Shown: positions 53,101 through 62,117, numbered from the stretch's first letter. The stretch is DNA of 64,000 nt from an uncultured virus (IMG/VR IMGVR_UViG_2860317346_000001) (IMGVR_UViG_2860317346_000001:62001-126000), one strand, 5' to 3'. The notes: generated by a model from the letters alone, not told the origin. Translations and numbers: made by a program.

Positions 53101-54158
53101 AATCCACTTAAATTGAAATTTTGTAAATCGTCGTACTCTACAAATTTCAAATCATCGGCACCTATAACGTCCGTAACGCTATAAACGATATCGTCGGAAG
53201 TTAAACCATTCATTTTGTACTCAGTGTCATGTACATTTGCTAAAACGTATTTTTCGATATCGAGTAAGTGATACCCTGGTGCTTCAACCGGTAACGGCAT
53301 GTTGTCACCATCGGTTAATATGTTCGATGTCGTGTTTGTTCCTAAATCAGATAACGAATCAAATGTTCCGTACGTGTGAATACTGTCAAATACGGTTTTA
53401 GATGAACATGTGTACTGTATCGCGTTATCATTATTGAGTAATTTAGCTGATACGATAATCCACATCACGTTATCGTAAATGAACTCCGCACCAACCGGTA
53501 TAACATCGGGACTCGTAAAACTTAACTGATTAGTTGTAGCATCATCTGTATATTTGTATGATGTACCGGCGAAATCGAATTTGGTAACCGTATAAGTCAC
53601 ACCGCCAATTTCAATAATTTCATACTCGTAATCACCCCCAATGTAAGGTACACCATCTACAATAGTTAACCCTGGGTTGTTTTCTAGCGTGAATAAATCA
53701 AGTGATGATAGCGCAGGACCACTGACACCGGTACCTTCTATCGGGAACATATTGAGTATCTGAAATTCGTAACCACCATCACCATCATCGGCTAAGTCAA
53801 AGACCACGACGGTATGGACAGGAGTGAGTTTTGTAGCCGCGTTTATACACGTCTTTCCAGAAGGATTACACACATTTATCGAGTAAATACCGGTTTCTAA
53901 ATACCATTCATCATTATCGTCTTTTATTAACGTAAATAAATCCGAAAACTGTTCGGTAAACGTTTGAACGTTGGATTTCTCGAATAATATATAATTATCA
54001 TCCAGCGTATACGCTTCTTTAATTACAGCGTATTTACCAGCATACTCACCGATGTCTTCGATGTTTTTGTATGCGAAGAAATTACTGAACGTTTTGTTTA
54101 TATAAAACGTGTGGGGCGTTCCGTCTCCAGATTCGGTTATAACTAACTCGGCTAACAT
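50121..54158 (-). CDS. large putative tail/baseplate or fibre protein
   Basis: ~1,345 aa, D/T/N/Y-rich beta composition, in tail region. Confidence 0.55.
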   Translation of the reverse strand: MLAELVITESGDGTPHTFYINKTFSNFFAYKNIEDIGEYAGKYAVIKEAYTLDDNYILFEKSNVQTFTEQFSDLFTLIKDDNDEWYLETGIYSINVCNPSGKTCINAATKLTPVHTVVVFDLADDGDGGYEFQILNMFPIEGTGVSGPALSSLDLFTLENNPGLTIVDGVPYIGGDYEYEIIEIGGVTYTVTKFDFAGTSYKYTDDATTNQLSFTSPDVIPVGAEFIYDNVMWIIVSAKLLNNDNAIQYTCSSKTVFDSIHTYGTFDSLSDLGTNTTSNILTDGDNMPLPVEAPGYHLLDIEKYVLANVHDTEYKMNGLTSDDIVYSVTDVIGADDLKFVEYDDLQNFNLSGFDITNYSFVDAITKNRVILQNKFKKRLYPFDLSGNVNNVYLNDVGFSLFAADGVDSSNKPVSRFTNFYKPAILYTDIKSNIISYDENKTRLVDGTYKAITAAVNQNNSDMLNPLNTAKLASAQPFIPESGLYFDSVLPTLVSWETAMMKLNCVNNQTGDPTLVPTAEDITMYNELDSDVMNTFLWTRSNVSYDAMSEVSDAQVTSNLVHVSDDGKRVFTLEDSITPLSLIQMNKLQPLKPILNSTVKSLYKTNQDLPPFCCNLSNGRFNGLFYNIKFINKQVLSSAQQGMCLKLTSTRYAVVLDFNKTGSDFCKLYLRDNDTGLYSDKAYTTVNGDITDYLINSSVQENDSDMCAILLDRIRVSEINAKGETVDVSLGTTNVDRLIIVPPRHKRTELNAFVKLSLYNAYFTTYNFGSKPFMLIPYATIYDSVTDENKKYTVVSATTYDKLRKVSEPQVKHTYTIQRSVKIDATKNNITSQFGITEFPCKISINGKTLFANELNVSVNGSLATMTITADDRNDYLESAVFDDVKTDKNIDICDFVYRRRLMSFAQPSEYVYVPPMAIDTWLENEISDIISENIDYYGYLTPNIIVEGTMKYPDGMTCTLSGVYTDPNKGFLVSFDLSGFKLDDGTKMLSSYFPFSMKIAKTNYYGLSFKPYTIATSQDANHSITCDIDNPDDCASFVYPSITTNPITVDISTYCVTGFSVKQVAYPRFGDDIIDTSTEEGLNTYKQLITKIGGSYRVSTIDADVCGTDVDYKVATFDLRPDNPVFKVVSRRQMMVWKHNAANETYTDKKDLTGTDAATVYDGLKKDFKVKITSNCAGEWKEVDSAYNASEVRINVESDDNEDSDNRFMFYIGLPPTEVVASGTDIETVTILPGVDRTDLCRFLYIAASKTCQLHVGATPAGMFNDTVPVSNLDSYETYNLLPGECRVIPLCTFANGVCDFDIGSVFLSNVQEDTEISIYGIQYYSQFGTVFKTESELVINNDSK

Positions 54159-54163
54159 TATTA

Positions 54164-55582
54164 TCACATTTCATTAAGTGTTCCAGCTTTTTTCGCCGCA
54201 TTTATGATGTCGTCTTTAGTATCAGGTTTCTTGTTCGTTGATATATCAGCGACGTTAACCCCGTACAATGTTAATTTATCATCGTAAAGATTCGTCTCAA
54301 GTGCGACAACTTCGATAATATCACCGACGTTAAATTTTAATTTCGTGGCGAATGTTTTACCGATAACTATCTCGGTACCATCATCATCGGTTGAGATATC
54401 GTATACATAACTGTCGTTTTTAGTCTTCGATATAAATTTTACCCTAACGTCAACGTCAGCTGATTTTTTTATAGCGACCATTTGTTTCGGGTCATCATAC
54501 GATGAAGACATATCACGTATAACTATACCATCGTAGCATGGTTCGTTTACGAAATCGAGCAATTTGATTAGATTGCAGCTGTAAGGTTTTTCAGCATTTA
54601 CGGTTGTCAGGGTTTTTGCAACTGGTATATTTAAATCGGTTAAGTGTCTGAATCTTATGTAATAAGGCTCATCGACTTTCAAGTTTACGTAATCGAAAGC
54701 TGTAAACAGCATATCTTCGGTAAATTCGCCGCGTTTAATTAATCCTACAACTTCGTTCCTAGGTAAGGTCTTACTCCAGATTTCACCAACGATATACACG
54801 TCATCTGGAAGTTTTTTAGCGATAAGCGTTTCGGGTTTAATATCGAGAACATTTAAATCGTCGGAATATACGCGGTTATTCCTAACAATAGCTTTCATTC
54901 CATTCATTTTAGGTTGTACGGTAAAATACGTGTACCCTAAATCTTCCACCTTAACGTCTTCGGTCTGAACGAATTTCGTGTGAGGTTTTATTACCTTAAT
55001 ACCTTTACTAAACTCAGCTTCACGTACAGCATCCGGTATACGTTTAACTAAAGCTAAATCGTAAGACTCGATATATGGCATATCGTCTGGTAATTTAGCA
55101 CTGTACATGTGAAATTGTTTATCTGGTGTTTCGTATTTGTTACGCAAAGCCATTACTATCCAGCGTGGAATTTTGGCGAGTGGTGATGATAAAAACATAT
55201 TAACGCTATCATCAGTCGAATACACGCCGATAACTTTAACGATACTCTCTTTCAGACCATCGAAACCATCAATGTTTTCACTGAAGTTAGCATTCGACGT
55301 ATCACACCTAGCTAACATACATGAATCGAGATATGTTTGAATATCACGGTCAAATATAGTTACAGGTATACCAAGTTCGTTAAGTTTGGCGTACATTGTA
55401 CGTAAATAGACGTTATAAAATTCACTATTACCGAAACGTGCTTTAAAAACGTCGGTTTCGGTTATATCGATGTAACTTATAGCATCGGACCACATTGAAG
55501 CCAATTTTCCAACGGCTAACGAATCTTCACGGCTAACACCGTTTATGTATTCGATTTTCTCGAATATCGTTTTTCCAACCAT
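54164..55582 (-). CDS. ATP-dependent DNA ligase
   Basis: Motif I QPKMNG, III IVGEI, IIIa FTAFDY, IV DGIVIR, V AIKK, C-terminal OB-like domain; ATG 55582 with GGTGA RBS. Confidence 0.85.
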   Translation of the reverse strand: MVGKTIFEKIEYINGVSREDSLAVGKLASMWSDAISYIDITETDVFKARFGNSEFYNVYLRTMYAKLNELGIPVTIFDRDIQTYLDSCMLARCDTSNANFSENIDGFDGLKESIVKVIGVYSTDDSVNMFLSSPLAKIPRWIVMALRNKYETPDKQFHMYSAKLPDDMPYIESYDLALVKRIPDAVREAEFSKGIKVIKPHTKFVQTEDVKVEDLGYTYFTVQPKMNGMKAIVRNNRVYSDDLNVLDIKPETLIAKKLPDDVYIVGEIWSKTLPRNEVVGLIKRGEFTEDMLFTAFDYVNLKVDEPYYIRFRHLTDLNIPVAKTLTTVNAEKPYSCNLIKLLDFVNEPCYDGIVIRDMSSSYDDPKQMVAIKKSADVDVRVKFISKTKNDSYVYDISTDDDGTEIVIGKTFATKLKFNVGDIIEVVALETNLYDDKLTLYGVNVADISTNKKPDTKDDIINAAKKAGTLNEM

Positions 55583-55594
55583 TACATCACCGTT

Positions 55595-55619
55595 AAAAAA
55601 CAAAATAAAAAAAAAGAAA
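55595..55619 (-). terminator. oligo-T terminator after tail tube gene
   Basis: Long T-tract on - strand directly after stop; similar tracts follow MCP, cement, chaperone, TMP and portal genes. Confidence 0.55.
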
Positions 55620-56966
55620 TTAGATTCTGTTGATTGTGAAAGCAGCTAATTTGTTGTTAATTAAGCTTTCACCACCAACTACGAGGTCTTTGAATATACC
55701 ATCTGATGAATCAGCTAAGATTCTAGCGGTGAAAGCTAATTCAGCTTGAGCACCAACTGATGAATCTAATGGTGTTGATTCAATCAATACGTTAGGCATA
55801 ACGATGGTTGTTCTGTTTGGAGCTGATTTAACTGGTGCTAACGGATTAGCCAAGTCGCTTAACTCCAATCTTGTAGGACCCCAAGGGTTTCTTTTGGTTT
55901 CACCCACAGTTACAGTGTTAGCTAAAGGTGCCATGTCTTTTGAGCTACCCATTTTGGCAACTAATGACATTTTACCTACACCACACTCTGTAGGTTCGAT
56001 AATACCATCTTCCTCTAAAGTTGCACCGTTTACGAATCTGTTGTAGTATTCGTTTCCTGTGTCGGTTTCGAAGATATCATCGATTGAGAAGTTAACTGAG
56101 AAGTTGTGGTTTTTAACTTTTCTCATAGGGTATTCAGCTGCGAACACGGAACCCATTCTGTGTGCATCGTCACTGAACGTGTTGATAGCACATGAAATGT
56201 CCATACTTTTTACGTTAGAGATAATATCTCCTACAAGTAACCAAGTTGGAGCTGAGTCGTTTGGTATTCCATCTGGTTCACCGTCGGTATCTTCACCTTC
56301 TTCGGTGTAAATAGCTTCGATGACGGACCTTCCACCAGCATAAGCTTCATCGAATGGAACCAATTCGACGTCACCGTACAACACGAGGTCGAGTGACCTA
56401 ACTAGGTCGTTTGGTGGTAATGGTGCAACAGCAGAATAGTTCTGTATGTTGGCATCGTCGAATTTGAAAACTCTTTTCGAGGTCATAGCGTTAAACGAAA
56501 GGTCACACATAACCGGTTTTGAGATATCCATCGTCAACTTGTAGTTGGAGAAAACGGTACCAGGGAATAATCCTAAAACTTCTGGTTTAGGTTTTAAGTG
56601 CGCTAACGTCATGTTAGGCATCAATTTTGATGTTGGTAACGCAACGCTCTGTCTAGCAATTTTAGTGTTAGCTTCGTAAAGGTCCAAATCAATTGAACCA
56701 CCGAGACCTAACTTGTTCAAGAAGGCAAATTGGCTCATTCTAACTGGGATGGTAACTGAACCATCTACAGAAACAATACCACCATCACCATCAACAGCAT
56801 CTTGTTCGTAGAGTGTTTCTTCGTATATGATGTTTTTGTTGAGGGTAGCCTTAAAGTTCTTGGCGTCGATTATAACTTTATCAGCATCGTCGACGGACGC
56901 GTAATCTGGAACTTCACCGTATGCAGTTTCAGGAACGAGTTTAATCATTTCTTTTGTTATAGCCAT
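55620..56966 (-). CDS. major tail tube protein
   Basis: N-terminal ETAYGEVP, VDGSVTIP, C-terminal MPNV...ELAFTA typical of siphovirus tube proteins; follows terminator/adaptor. Confidence 0.8.
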   Translation of the reverse strand: MAITKEMIKLVPETAYGEVPDYASVDDADKVIIDAKNFKATLNKNIIYEETLYEQDAVDGDGGIVSVDGSVTIPVRMSQFAFLNKLGLGGSIDLDLYEANTKIARQSVALPTSKLMPNMTLAHLKPKPEVLGLFPGTVFSNYKLTMDISKPVMCDLSFNAMTSKRVFKFDDANIQNYSAVAPLPPNDLVRSLDLVLYGDVELVPFDEAYAGGRSVIEAIYTEEGEDTDGEPDGIPNDSAPTWLLVGDIISNVKSMDISCAINTFSDDAHRMGSVFAAEYPMRKVKNHNFSVNFSIDDIFETDTGNEYYNRFVNGATLEEDGIIEPTECGVGKMSLVAKMGSSKDMAPLANTVTVGETKRNPWGPTRLELSDLANPLAPVKSAPNRTTIVMPNVLIESTPLDSSVGAQAELAFTARILADSSDGIFKDLVVGGESLINNKLAAFTINRI

Positions 56967-56978
56967 TAAAGAATCACC

Positions 56979-57515
56979 CTAGAGATGAATTGGGTTTATT
57001 TGTGCTGTACAATCCGCAATAATCACATAACGATAAACATGCATCGAACCTACGTCAGTCTTCTGTTTTTTACCATCGGTTACACGTAGCTGCAAATTCT
57101 GGATACCCTCAATGTCGTTCGCTTCGGCGACGACTGAAAAACATAAGTGAATCAGAACGTCCAGAGCATCAAGAGTAGGTTCCAAGGATGCTTCACTAAT
57201 CGTAAAACCATAATAATAACTCACATTTATTTTCTCATTCGTAAACGAGTTAAAAGAACAACCGGCAAAGTCTATTATCATCGAACGGGCCATTACACTA
57301 TTATCACTATACATATCAGCGGCTTCACTAATCGGACTGGTTGTAACACCAAGGAACTCACACATAGGCAGATACGCTTTTTCTTCACTAATCGATTCGT
57401 AATACTTCGTGTTTTCATCAATGAATTCATTGATACGAGCAGTTAACACGTTACCGATAGTAAGTGCGGTTTTACCTATACGGGAACCAGTTGGTGGTGT
57501 TATAATGTCGGTCAT
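56979..57515 (-). CDS. putative tail terminator/completion protein
   Basis: 178 aa, position just upstream of tube gene; YLP..F motif. Confidence 0.55.
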   Translation of the reverse strand: MTDIITPPTGSRIGKTALTIGNVLTARINEFIDENTKYYESISEEKAYLPMCEFLGVTTSPISEAADMYSDNSVMARSMIIDFAGCSFNSFTNEKINVSYYYGFTISEASLEPTLDALDVLIHLCFSVVAEANDIEGIQNLQLRVTDGKKQKTDVGSMHVYRYVIIADCTAQINPIHL

Positions 57516-57521
57516 TCAGCA

Positions 57522-57950
57522 TCACTCATAGTAATTATCAATAATAGATTTTGTCACACCGAACGTGAAACGACCAAGTTTCGGTTTTACAACCGTTTTA
57601 TTATCGGTGTCCATTTGCGACAATAACTCGCGTATGAGTTCGTCTGGAAGTACATTCTTTAATGCTACCGGGAAAACTTCACGCGCGTGTTTATTCTTCT
57701 TATTCGTGTGTGATAAGATGGTAGATAACAATCTGTTTACAGTTAATTCGACGGTGGCACCGTAAATACGACCTTCAGTAGCTGTATCAAGTTTGTTTTG
57801 TTGAACGTACGCGCACATTTCATCGTAAATGCCTAGAATCATAGGGTCATCTTTGGTATTCCTCGGTGACATGGTCGTGTCGTATTTACCCAATCTAACT
57901 TTGATATCGTAAAGAGCCCGTTGGGTGCTTAAATCGCTAACATCAGTCAT
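57522..57950 (-). CDS. putative head-tail adaptor
   Basis: Helical 142 aa right after MCP; IKVRLG...DD..I...ATVEL pattern. Confidence 0.6.
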   Translation of the reverse strand: MTDVSDLSTQRALYDIKVRLGKYDTTMSPRNTKDDPMILGIYDEMCAYVQQNKLDTATEGRIYGATVELTVNRLLSTILSHTNKKNKHAREVFPVALKNVLPDELIRELLSQMDTDNKTVVKPKLGRFTFGVTKSIIDNYYE

Positions 57951-57994
57951 TTATAGACCACCTCGAAAAAATAAAATAATCGTACAATGTACGA

Positions 57995-58849
57995 TTATAA
58001 AATGCTGGTAAGGTTGATTATTCTCTTAGTTTTACCAGCTTCATCCTCTGGAACTACCTGACAGTCCATCATGATGATTGACGTGTAGTAGATTCTTGTT
58101 TTTGAGGAGTCATCGTAATCGATGATTGGTGATTCGTCGTATTCAACTGAAAGTGTACCGTAGTTATCCTGTTTGAATGCTAAAATAGCTTCAGTTGACA
58201 ACCTTTTGGTGAATACAACTTCTTTAACATAGCTTTTTACCATGTCGAGAACTTTTTCACTTCTGAACTCAGAATCGTAATCTTTCATTCCGATTTTGAT
58301 TGAGTAAGGTACGTAGAGAACTGTATTCTCGTTGTCTTCCTTCTCTTCACAGAAGAAGATGGTTTCAGTCATGGACTCAAGAGCTTTAACTAACCCCGCT
58401 TTGATTCTTTCAGGGTAAATAACACCTGCAGCCATCCAAGGGTTTTCTTCTGCTTGTGCAGTTGCTGCCGTTTTCATCTTGTCGAGAACGTAAGCATCAA
58501 CATCCAAGATGTGGGATTCGTTTGTAACTCTAACTTGCTGAGCAAGGTAATCTTCCAATTTCAAGTTTTTGATTTGGAACTTGTTTTCCTTGAATCCGTT
58601 TTCGAATGTCTGGATGTGGAAGTCTACGTTGATTGCAGCAGCTTTTGGTGCTCTAGTTTGTGCGGTACCAGCGGATAACGCATCGGTCATTCTAGTTTTC
58701 GCTCCTTTAGGAAGCACAATCTGGTGGTTGTATGACAACGTGTTGATTGTTGGCAATTTGTACGTATTTTCGTAGAATACTGAACGTTTTGATAACACCG
58801 CAATTGTTGCTTCCCTTGCAGCTTCTGAAAAGATGTCTTTGTCAACCAT
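57995..58849 (-). CDS. major capsid protein (HK97 fold inferred)
   Basis: 284 aa after scaffold and cement genes, highly expressed-type codon usage, followed by T-tract. Confidence 0.72.
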   Translation of the reverse strand: MVDKDIFSEAAREATIAVLSKRSVFYENTYKLPTINTLSYNHQIVLPKGAKTRMTDALSAGTAQTRAPKAAAINVDFHIQTFENGFKENKFQIKNLKLEDYLAQQVRVTNESHILDVDAYVLDKMKTAATAQAEENPWMAAGVIYPERIKAGLVKALESMTETIFFCEEKEDNENTVLYVPYSIKIGMKDYDSEFRSEKVLDMVKSYVKEVVFTKRLSTEAILAFKQDNYGTLSVEYDESPIIDYDDSSKTRIYYTSIIMMDCQVVPEDEAGKTKRIINLTSIL

Positions 58850-58919
58850 TTCGTTAACACCTGTGTTTAATCGTTAATTTAAATGTATGAATGTATAATA
58901 AGATAAAAAAAATCGTCAA

Positions 58920-59318
58920 TTAAGCTTTAACGACGGTTTTGTTTGACTTGATGTAGATTCTTGCTTCGTTACCAGCGCTAGCTTTTTCTAAACAGATAGC
59001 AACGATTTTTTCAGTAGCTACAGCAGGTTTCATCTGTCCCGCGTTTAAAGCATCAATTGTTAATTCATCATTAATTTCAACATCAGCTGAAACCATTACA
59101 TCCGCAATACCAACGGATATAAAATCCGGCTTACCGGTTTTGTTGGTTGTAACGTAGAACGCTTCTGTGATTGGGTATGCGATACCTTCAAAATCATCAG
59201 CGGATGCGGTTGGTGTGATGATACCAGCTGCAAGGCTACAAGCTACAGGCGCTTCGTTGATTGTGTTGGTTGTTAATTCTTTAGTAAGAATGTTTTGTCC
59301 GTATTGTTCTAGCATCAT
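58920..59318 (-). CDS. capsid cement/decoration protein (DUF2190-like)
   Basis: FEGIA...GIADV...INDELT...VAICLEKASAG pattern; between scaffold and MCP. Confidence 0.7.
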   Translation of the reverse strand: MMLEQYGQNILTKELTTNTINEAPVACSLAAGIITPTASADDFEGIAYPITEAFYVTTNKTGKPDFISVGIADVMVSADVEINDELTIDALNAGQMKPAVATEKIVAICLEKASAGNEARIYIKSNKTVVKA

Positions 59319-59340
59319 TAGTGCATCACCGTATGGTTAT

Positions 59341-60495
59341 TTAGTAAGCTTTCATTAATTTGTCTAACATTTCAGCTTTCTGAGCACCTGCATCTGTTGA
59401 GATAACTAATTCTCCAGATTCTGGTATAATACCGGATTTCGAGAATGCTAAACTAATAGCTTTTAAGGTTGCTACCTGTGCAGGCTCATCTAATCCTTCG
59501 AGAATTGTTTCGTCGAATTCTTTCTGGTGTTTTTTGATGTCGCTGAGTAAACCAGCTTTCTCACTTGAGAATTGCATTTTCTGCATTTTGTCGCTCAATT
59601 CGAGAACTTTAGCTTCAGCTTCTTGTCTTTTAGTTTCGTCTTCTGTAGCTTGTCTTTCGCTGAGTTTCAATGTTACAGCGTCGGTAAGTTCTTCATAATT
59701 AACTTCCGGTACCGGAACTTGTATTTTACCAGCAACAGCTTCAGCTACCTGTTCGTAATTAATTTCAGGTGCGCTAAATTTACCACTAACAGCTTCAACG
59801 ATGGAATCAACTGAAGGTACTTCTAATGTTGAGAATTTACCATCGAAAATTTCAGCGATTTTAGCAGCTTGTGCATCGGAAAATTCAGCTTCAGCAGGTG
59901 TATCAGCTTTTATCTTTGCAGTTACTGCATCGACAATAGCGCCCATTGTAGCTTCATCTATCTGTGGGGTTTTTTCGTTTTGTTCCACTTTATCACTCAA
60001 TTTAAGTTGTTCAACATATTCGTCGAATATGTTAACTAGCGATTCAACAACGTCGTCTTGTAACGCGTCACCGAATGTTTCTTTCAGTTTGTTATGGATA
60101 TCTTGTTTGCGTGAAGAGAACGCAATGACGGATTTAATGTCGCAACCTTGTATGGCTGGATATTTCGTCAAAACACCGCCTGTGATAATTAATTCATTAC
60201 CATAAACAGTGACTTCTGCCGAAACGTGCGGATTCGCTTTATAAGCTTCGTACACGTCTGAGCCAAATAGCATGGCTGTAAAATCTAAGTCGTCTCCTTT
60301 TGGGATAAACTCAGTAAACTGACCGGCATACCGACCACCGTGTTCCGCTTCCATCGTTATCATGTTCTGATTTGATAGTTTGATGTTCTGCTTTGGTAAG
60401 TCCAGTGTGTGAGTGTTACCTCGCATGTCGGTGTGCGTTCCACTTTTCAACAAGGTCCCATGAATCATGTAAACCGGTAAGGTCAGCTTTTCCAT
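59341..60495 (-). CDS. prohead protease/scaffold fusion
   Basis: N-terminal protease-like domain (GTHTD, EH, VSAE, LTKYPAI) plus acidic coiled-coil C-terminus. Confidence 0.75.
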   Translation of the reverse strand: MEKLTLPVYMIHGTLLKSGTHTDMRGNTHTLDLPKQNIKLSNQNMITMEAEHGGRYAGQFTEFIPKGDDLDFTAMLFGSDVYEAYKANPHVSAEVTVYGNELIITGGVLTKYPAIQGCDIKSVIAFSSRKQDIHNKLKETFGDALQDDVVESLVNIFDEYVEQLKLSDKVEQNEKTPQIDEATMGAIVDAVTAKIKADTPAEAEFSDAQAAKIAEIFDGKFSTLEVPSVDSIVEAVSGKFSAPEINYEQVAEAVAGKIQVPVPEVNYEELTDAVTLKLSERQATEDETKRQEAEAKVLELSDKMQKMQFSSEKAGLLSDIKKHQKEFDETILEGLDEPAQVATLKAISLAFSKSGIIPESGELVISTDAGAQKAEMLDKLMKAY

Positions 60496-60568
60496 TATCA
60501 ATACACCTGTATAGTCTAGGGGACAACTTCAATGAAACAAGTGTCAAAAAGCACTAGCATATAGTTAA

Positions 60569-60584
60569 GTATATATATGTTATC
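60569..60584 (-). promoter_or_regulatory. archaeal-type TATA promoter of head operon
   Basis: GATAACATATATATAC on - strand. Confidence 0.5.
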
Positions 60585-60591
60585 GTAACAT

Positions 60592-61047
60592 TCACTCTAG
60601 TTTTAGATTTTCACTGTCCATGAGCATTAATAGTTTCATTTTACACGATGGACACATACCTTCGTCTAACATACGTTTGATGATTATGTCAGTCGTTTCG
60701 GCTTTCGGTAAAGCGGATACATCTAACTCGGTGAACCTTTTGGTTCGCTCCATATCATGTTGCGTAGCTACTGTTTTTCTGAACGTGTCGACAACTTTCA
60801 TTTTCGTGTCGTACATCGATACATTTGTAGCAGTTAAACTGGATATGTCGTCAAAGTCTTCAGCTAAAGATTTTAGCATGTTTCGTAACGTCACCGAAGG
60901 TGTGAATCTGTCATCGAAGCCTTCAAGTATTTCCATCAATTGCGATATAACAGCCTGTGGTTCCTGCGCCGTTAACGCGGCATAATCTTCTAAAGGTATG
61001 CCACCGTCGAGGAACATTTTCCAGATATTGTTGTCCGCATTGACCAT
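60592..61047 (-). CDS. putative terminase small subunit
   Basis: 151 aa helical protein, first gene of late block, next to repeat-rich intergenic region; C-terminal CPSC. Confidence 0.5.
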   Translation of the reverse strand: MVNADNNIWKMFLDGGIPLEDYAALTAQEPQAVISQLMEILEGFDDRFTPSVTLRNMLKSLAEDFDDISSLTATNVSMYDTKMKVVDTFRKTVATQHDMERTKRFTELDVSALPKAETTDIIIKRMLDEGMCPSCKMKLLMLMDSENLKLE

Positions 61048-61080
61048 ATTAACATCACCGAAACGCGATAAATGGTCTGT

Positions 61081-61097
61081 CCTTTATATGCGTTATC
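61081..61097 (-). promoter_or_regulatory. archaeal-type TATA promoter of terS
   Basis: GATAACGCATATAAAGG on - strand, ~35 nt upstream of ATG. Confidence 0.5.
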
Positions 61098-61135
61098 CTA
61101 AAAACGTTAACACAGGTATACGTAACATGCCTACA

Positions 61136-61183
61136 CACAGACATACAGGGGTACATGGATACAGGTACACAGCGCTACATGAC
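61136..61183 (+). repeat. six tandem 8-nt units, consensus YACAK-N3
   Basis: cacagaca tacagggg tacatgga tacaggta cacagcgc tacatgac. Confidence 0.7.
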
Positions 61184-61347
61184 ATGGGGTAAAAAGGGTA
61201 TGCTCGATAATTACATCGGCGCGATGACGATATAATTAAAGTATTTGAGAATTTTATAAATTTTCCGAAAAAATGCTATATTATATATATTATACTTTTA
61301 GAGTGCAAAAACCGCGACATTTTTTGACAGGGGTAGGGTGGGTATAC

Positions 61348-61399
61348 CATCATGGGTATCCGAATACAGATGGGATACATGAGTTACACTATAGTTAAG
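61348..61399 (+). promoter_or_regulatory. conserved early element copy 1 (putative viral RNAP promoter)
   Basis: CATCATgggTATCCGAATACA-N16-TACACT. Confidence 0.7.
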
Positions 61400-61423
61400 T
61401 AGAAACCTGTAGGTGATATCTCT

Positions 61424-61645
61424 ATGGATACCTTAGTAAACTTAGCTCACACAGCAAACACCACACTATTAGCGGAAGCTAATATTCGTGGGAAACTATA
61501 CCCTGGGTTCGATAAAGCGGATGGGGTTTGGTATGAACTCCAAGACGTAACAGATGACGCTTTCGGTTTAATCGAAAGTGTGCAAGCCGCAGTTTGTAAA
61601 GAAATTGCGGATTACTTCGGTGAAGAACCGATGTATAACTTCTAA
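61424..61645 (+). CDS. small early protein
   Basis: 73 aa, AGGTGAT RBS, T-tract after stop. Confidence 0.75.
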   Translation: MDTLVNLAHTANTTLLAEANIRGKLYPGFDKADGVWYELQDVTDDAFGLIESVQAAVCKEIADYFGEEPMYNF

Positions 61646-61688
61646 TTTGTTATTTTTTTCTTTTATTGATTATATCTATAAAAAAACT

Positions 61689-61746
61689 CATCATCACGAT
61701 ATACGAATACAGATTGGATTAGTTTGACTACACTGTTTTAGAGTGG
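61689..61746 (+). promoter_or_regulatory. conserved early element copy 2
   Basis: CATCATCACGATATACGAATACA-N17-TACACT. Confidence 0.8.
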
Positions 61747-61772
61747 AATAAAAACTCTATAGGTGATGTGTA

Positions 61773-61991
61773 ATGATTAACAAAATATCTAATACTATCG
61801 TAAAATTCTTCAACCAGTTAGACGCTGGTAAGAAGGGCAGAACGCCATACATGGTGTTCAAACATGGAACCATCTTGGAGGACTTAGATGGTAGATACTT
61901 TATCGTCAGAAATGACACCTACAAAGTTGTAGGTAAGTGCTCACCTGAGAACCTTAACGGTCTTATAGAACGAGCGTTAATGCTCGAATAA
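61773..61991 (+). CDS. small early protein
   Basis: 72 aa, AGGTGAT RBS, T-tract after stop. Confidence 0.75.
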   Translation: MINKISNTIVKFFNQLDAGKKGRTPYMVFKHGTILEDLDGRYFIVRNDTYKVVGKCSPENLNGLIERALMLE

Positions 61992-62040
61992 TTCTATTTT
62001 ATTTTTTTCTAACCGTAATGGTTTGTAAATAAAAAAAAAG

Positions 62041-62094
62041 CATCATCACGTTATACGAATACAATTTGCAGATATTAGATACACTGTAGTTAAG
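62041..62094 (+). promoter_or_regulatory. conserved early element copy 3
   Basis: CATCATCACGTTATACGAATACA-N16-TACACT. Confidence 0.8.
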
Positions 62095-62117
62095 CGATAA
62101 CCATGAGGTGATGTACA

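Noticed and set aside
54164..55582. RNA ligase (Rnl3) assignment because of KMNG motif I
   Set aside because: C-terminal OB-like domain and motif layout fit an ATP-dependent DNA ligase better
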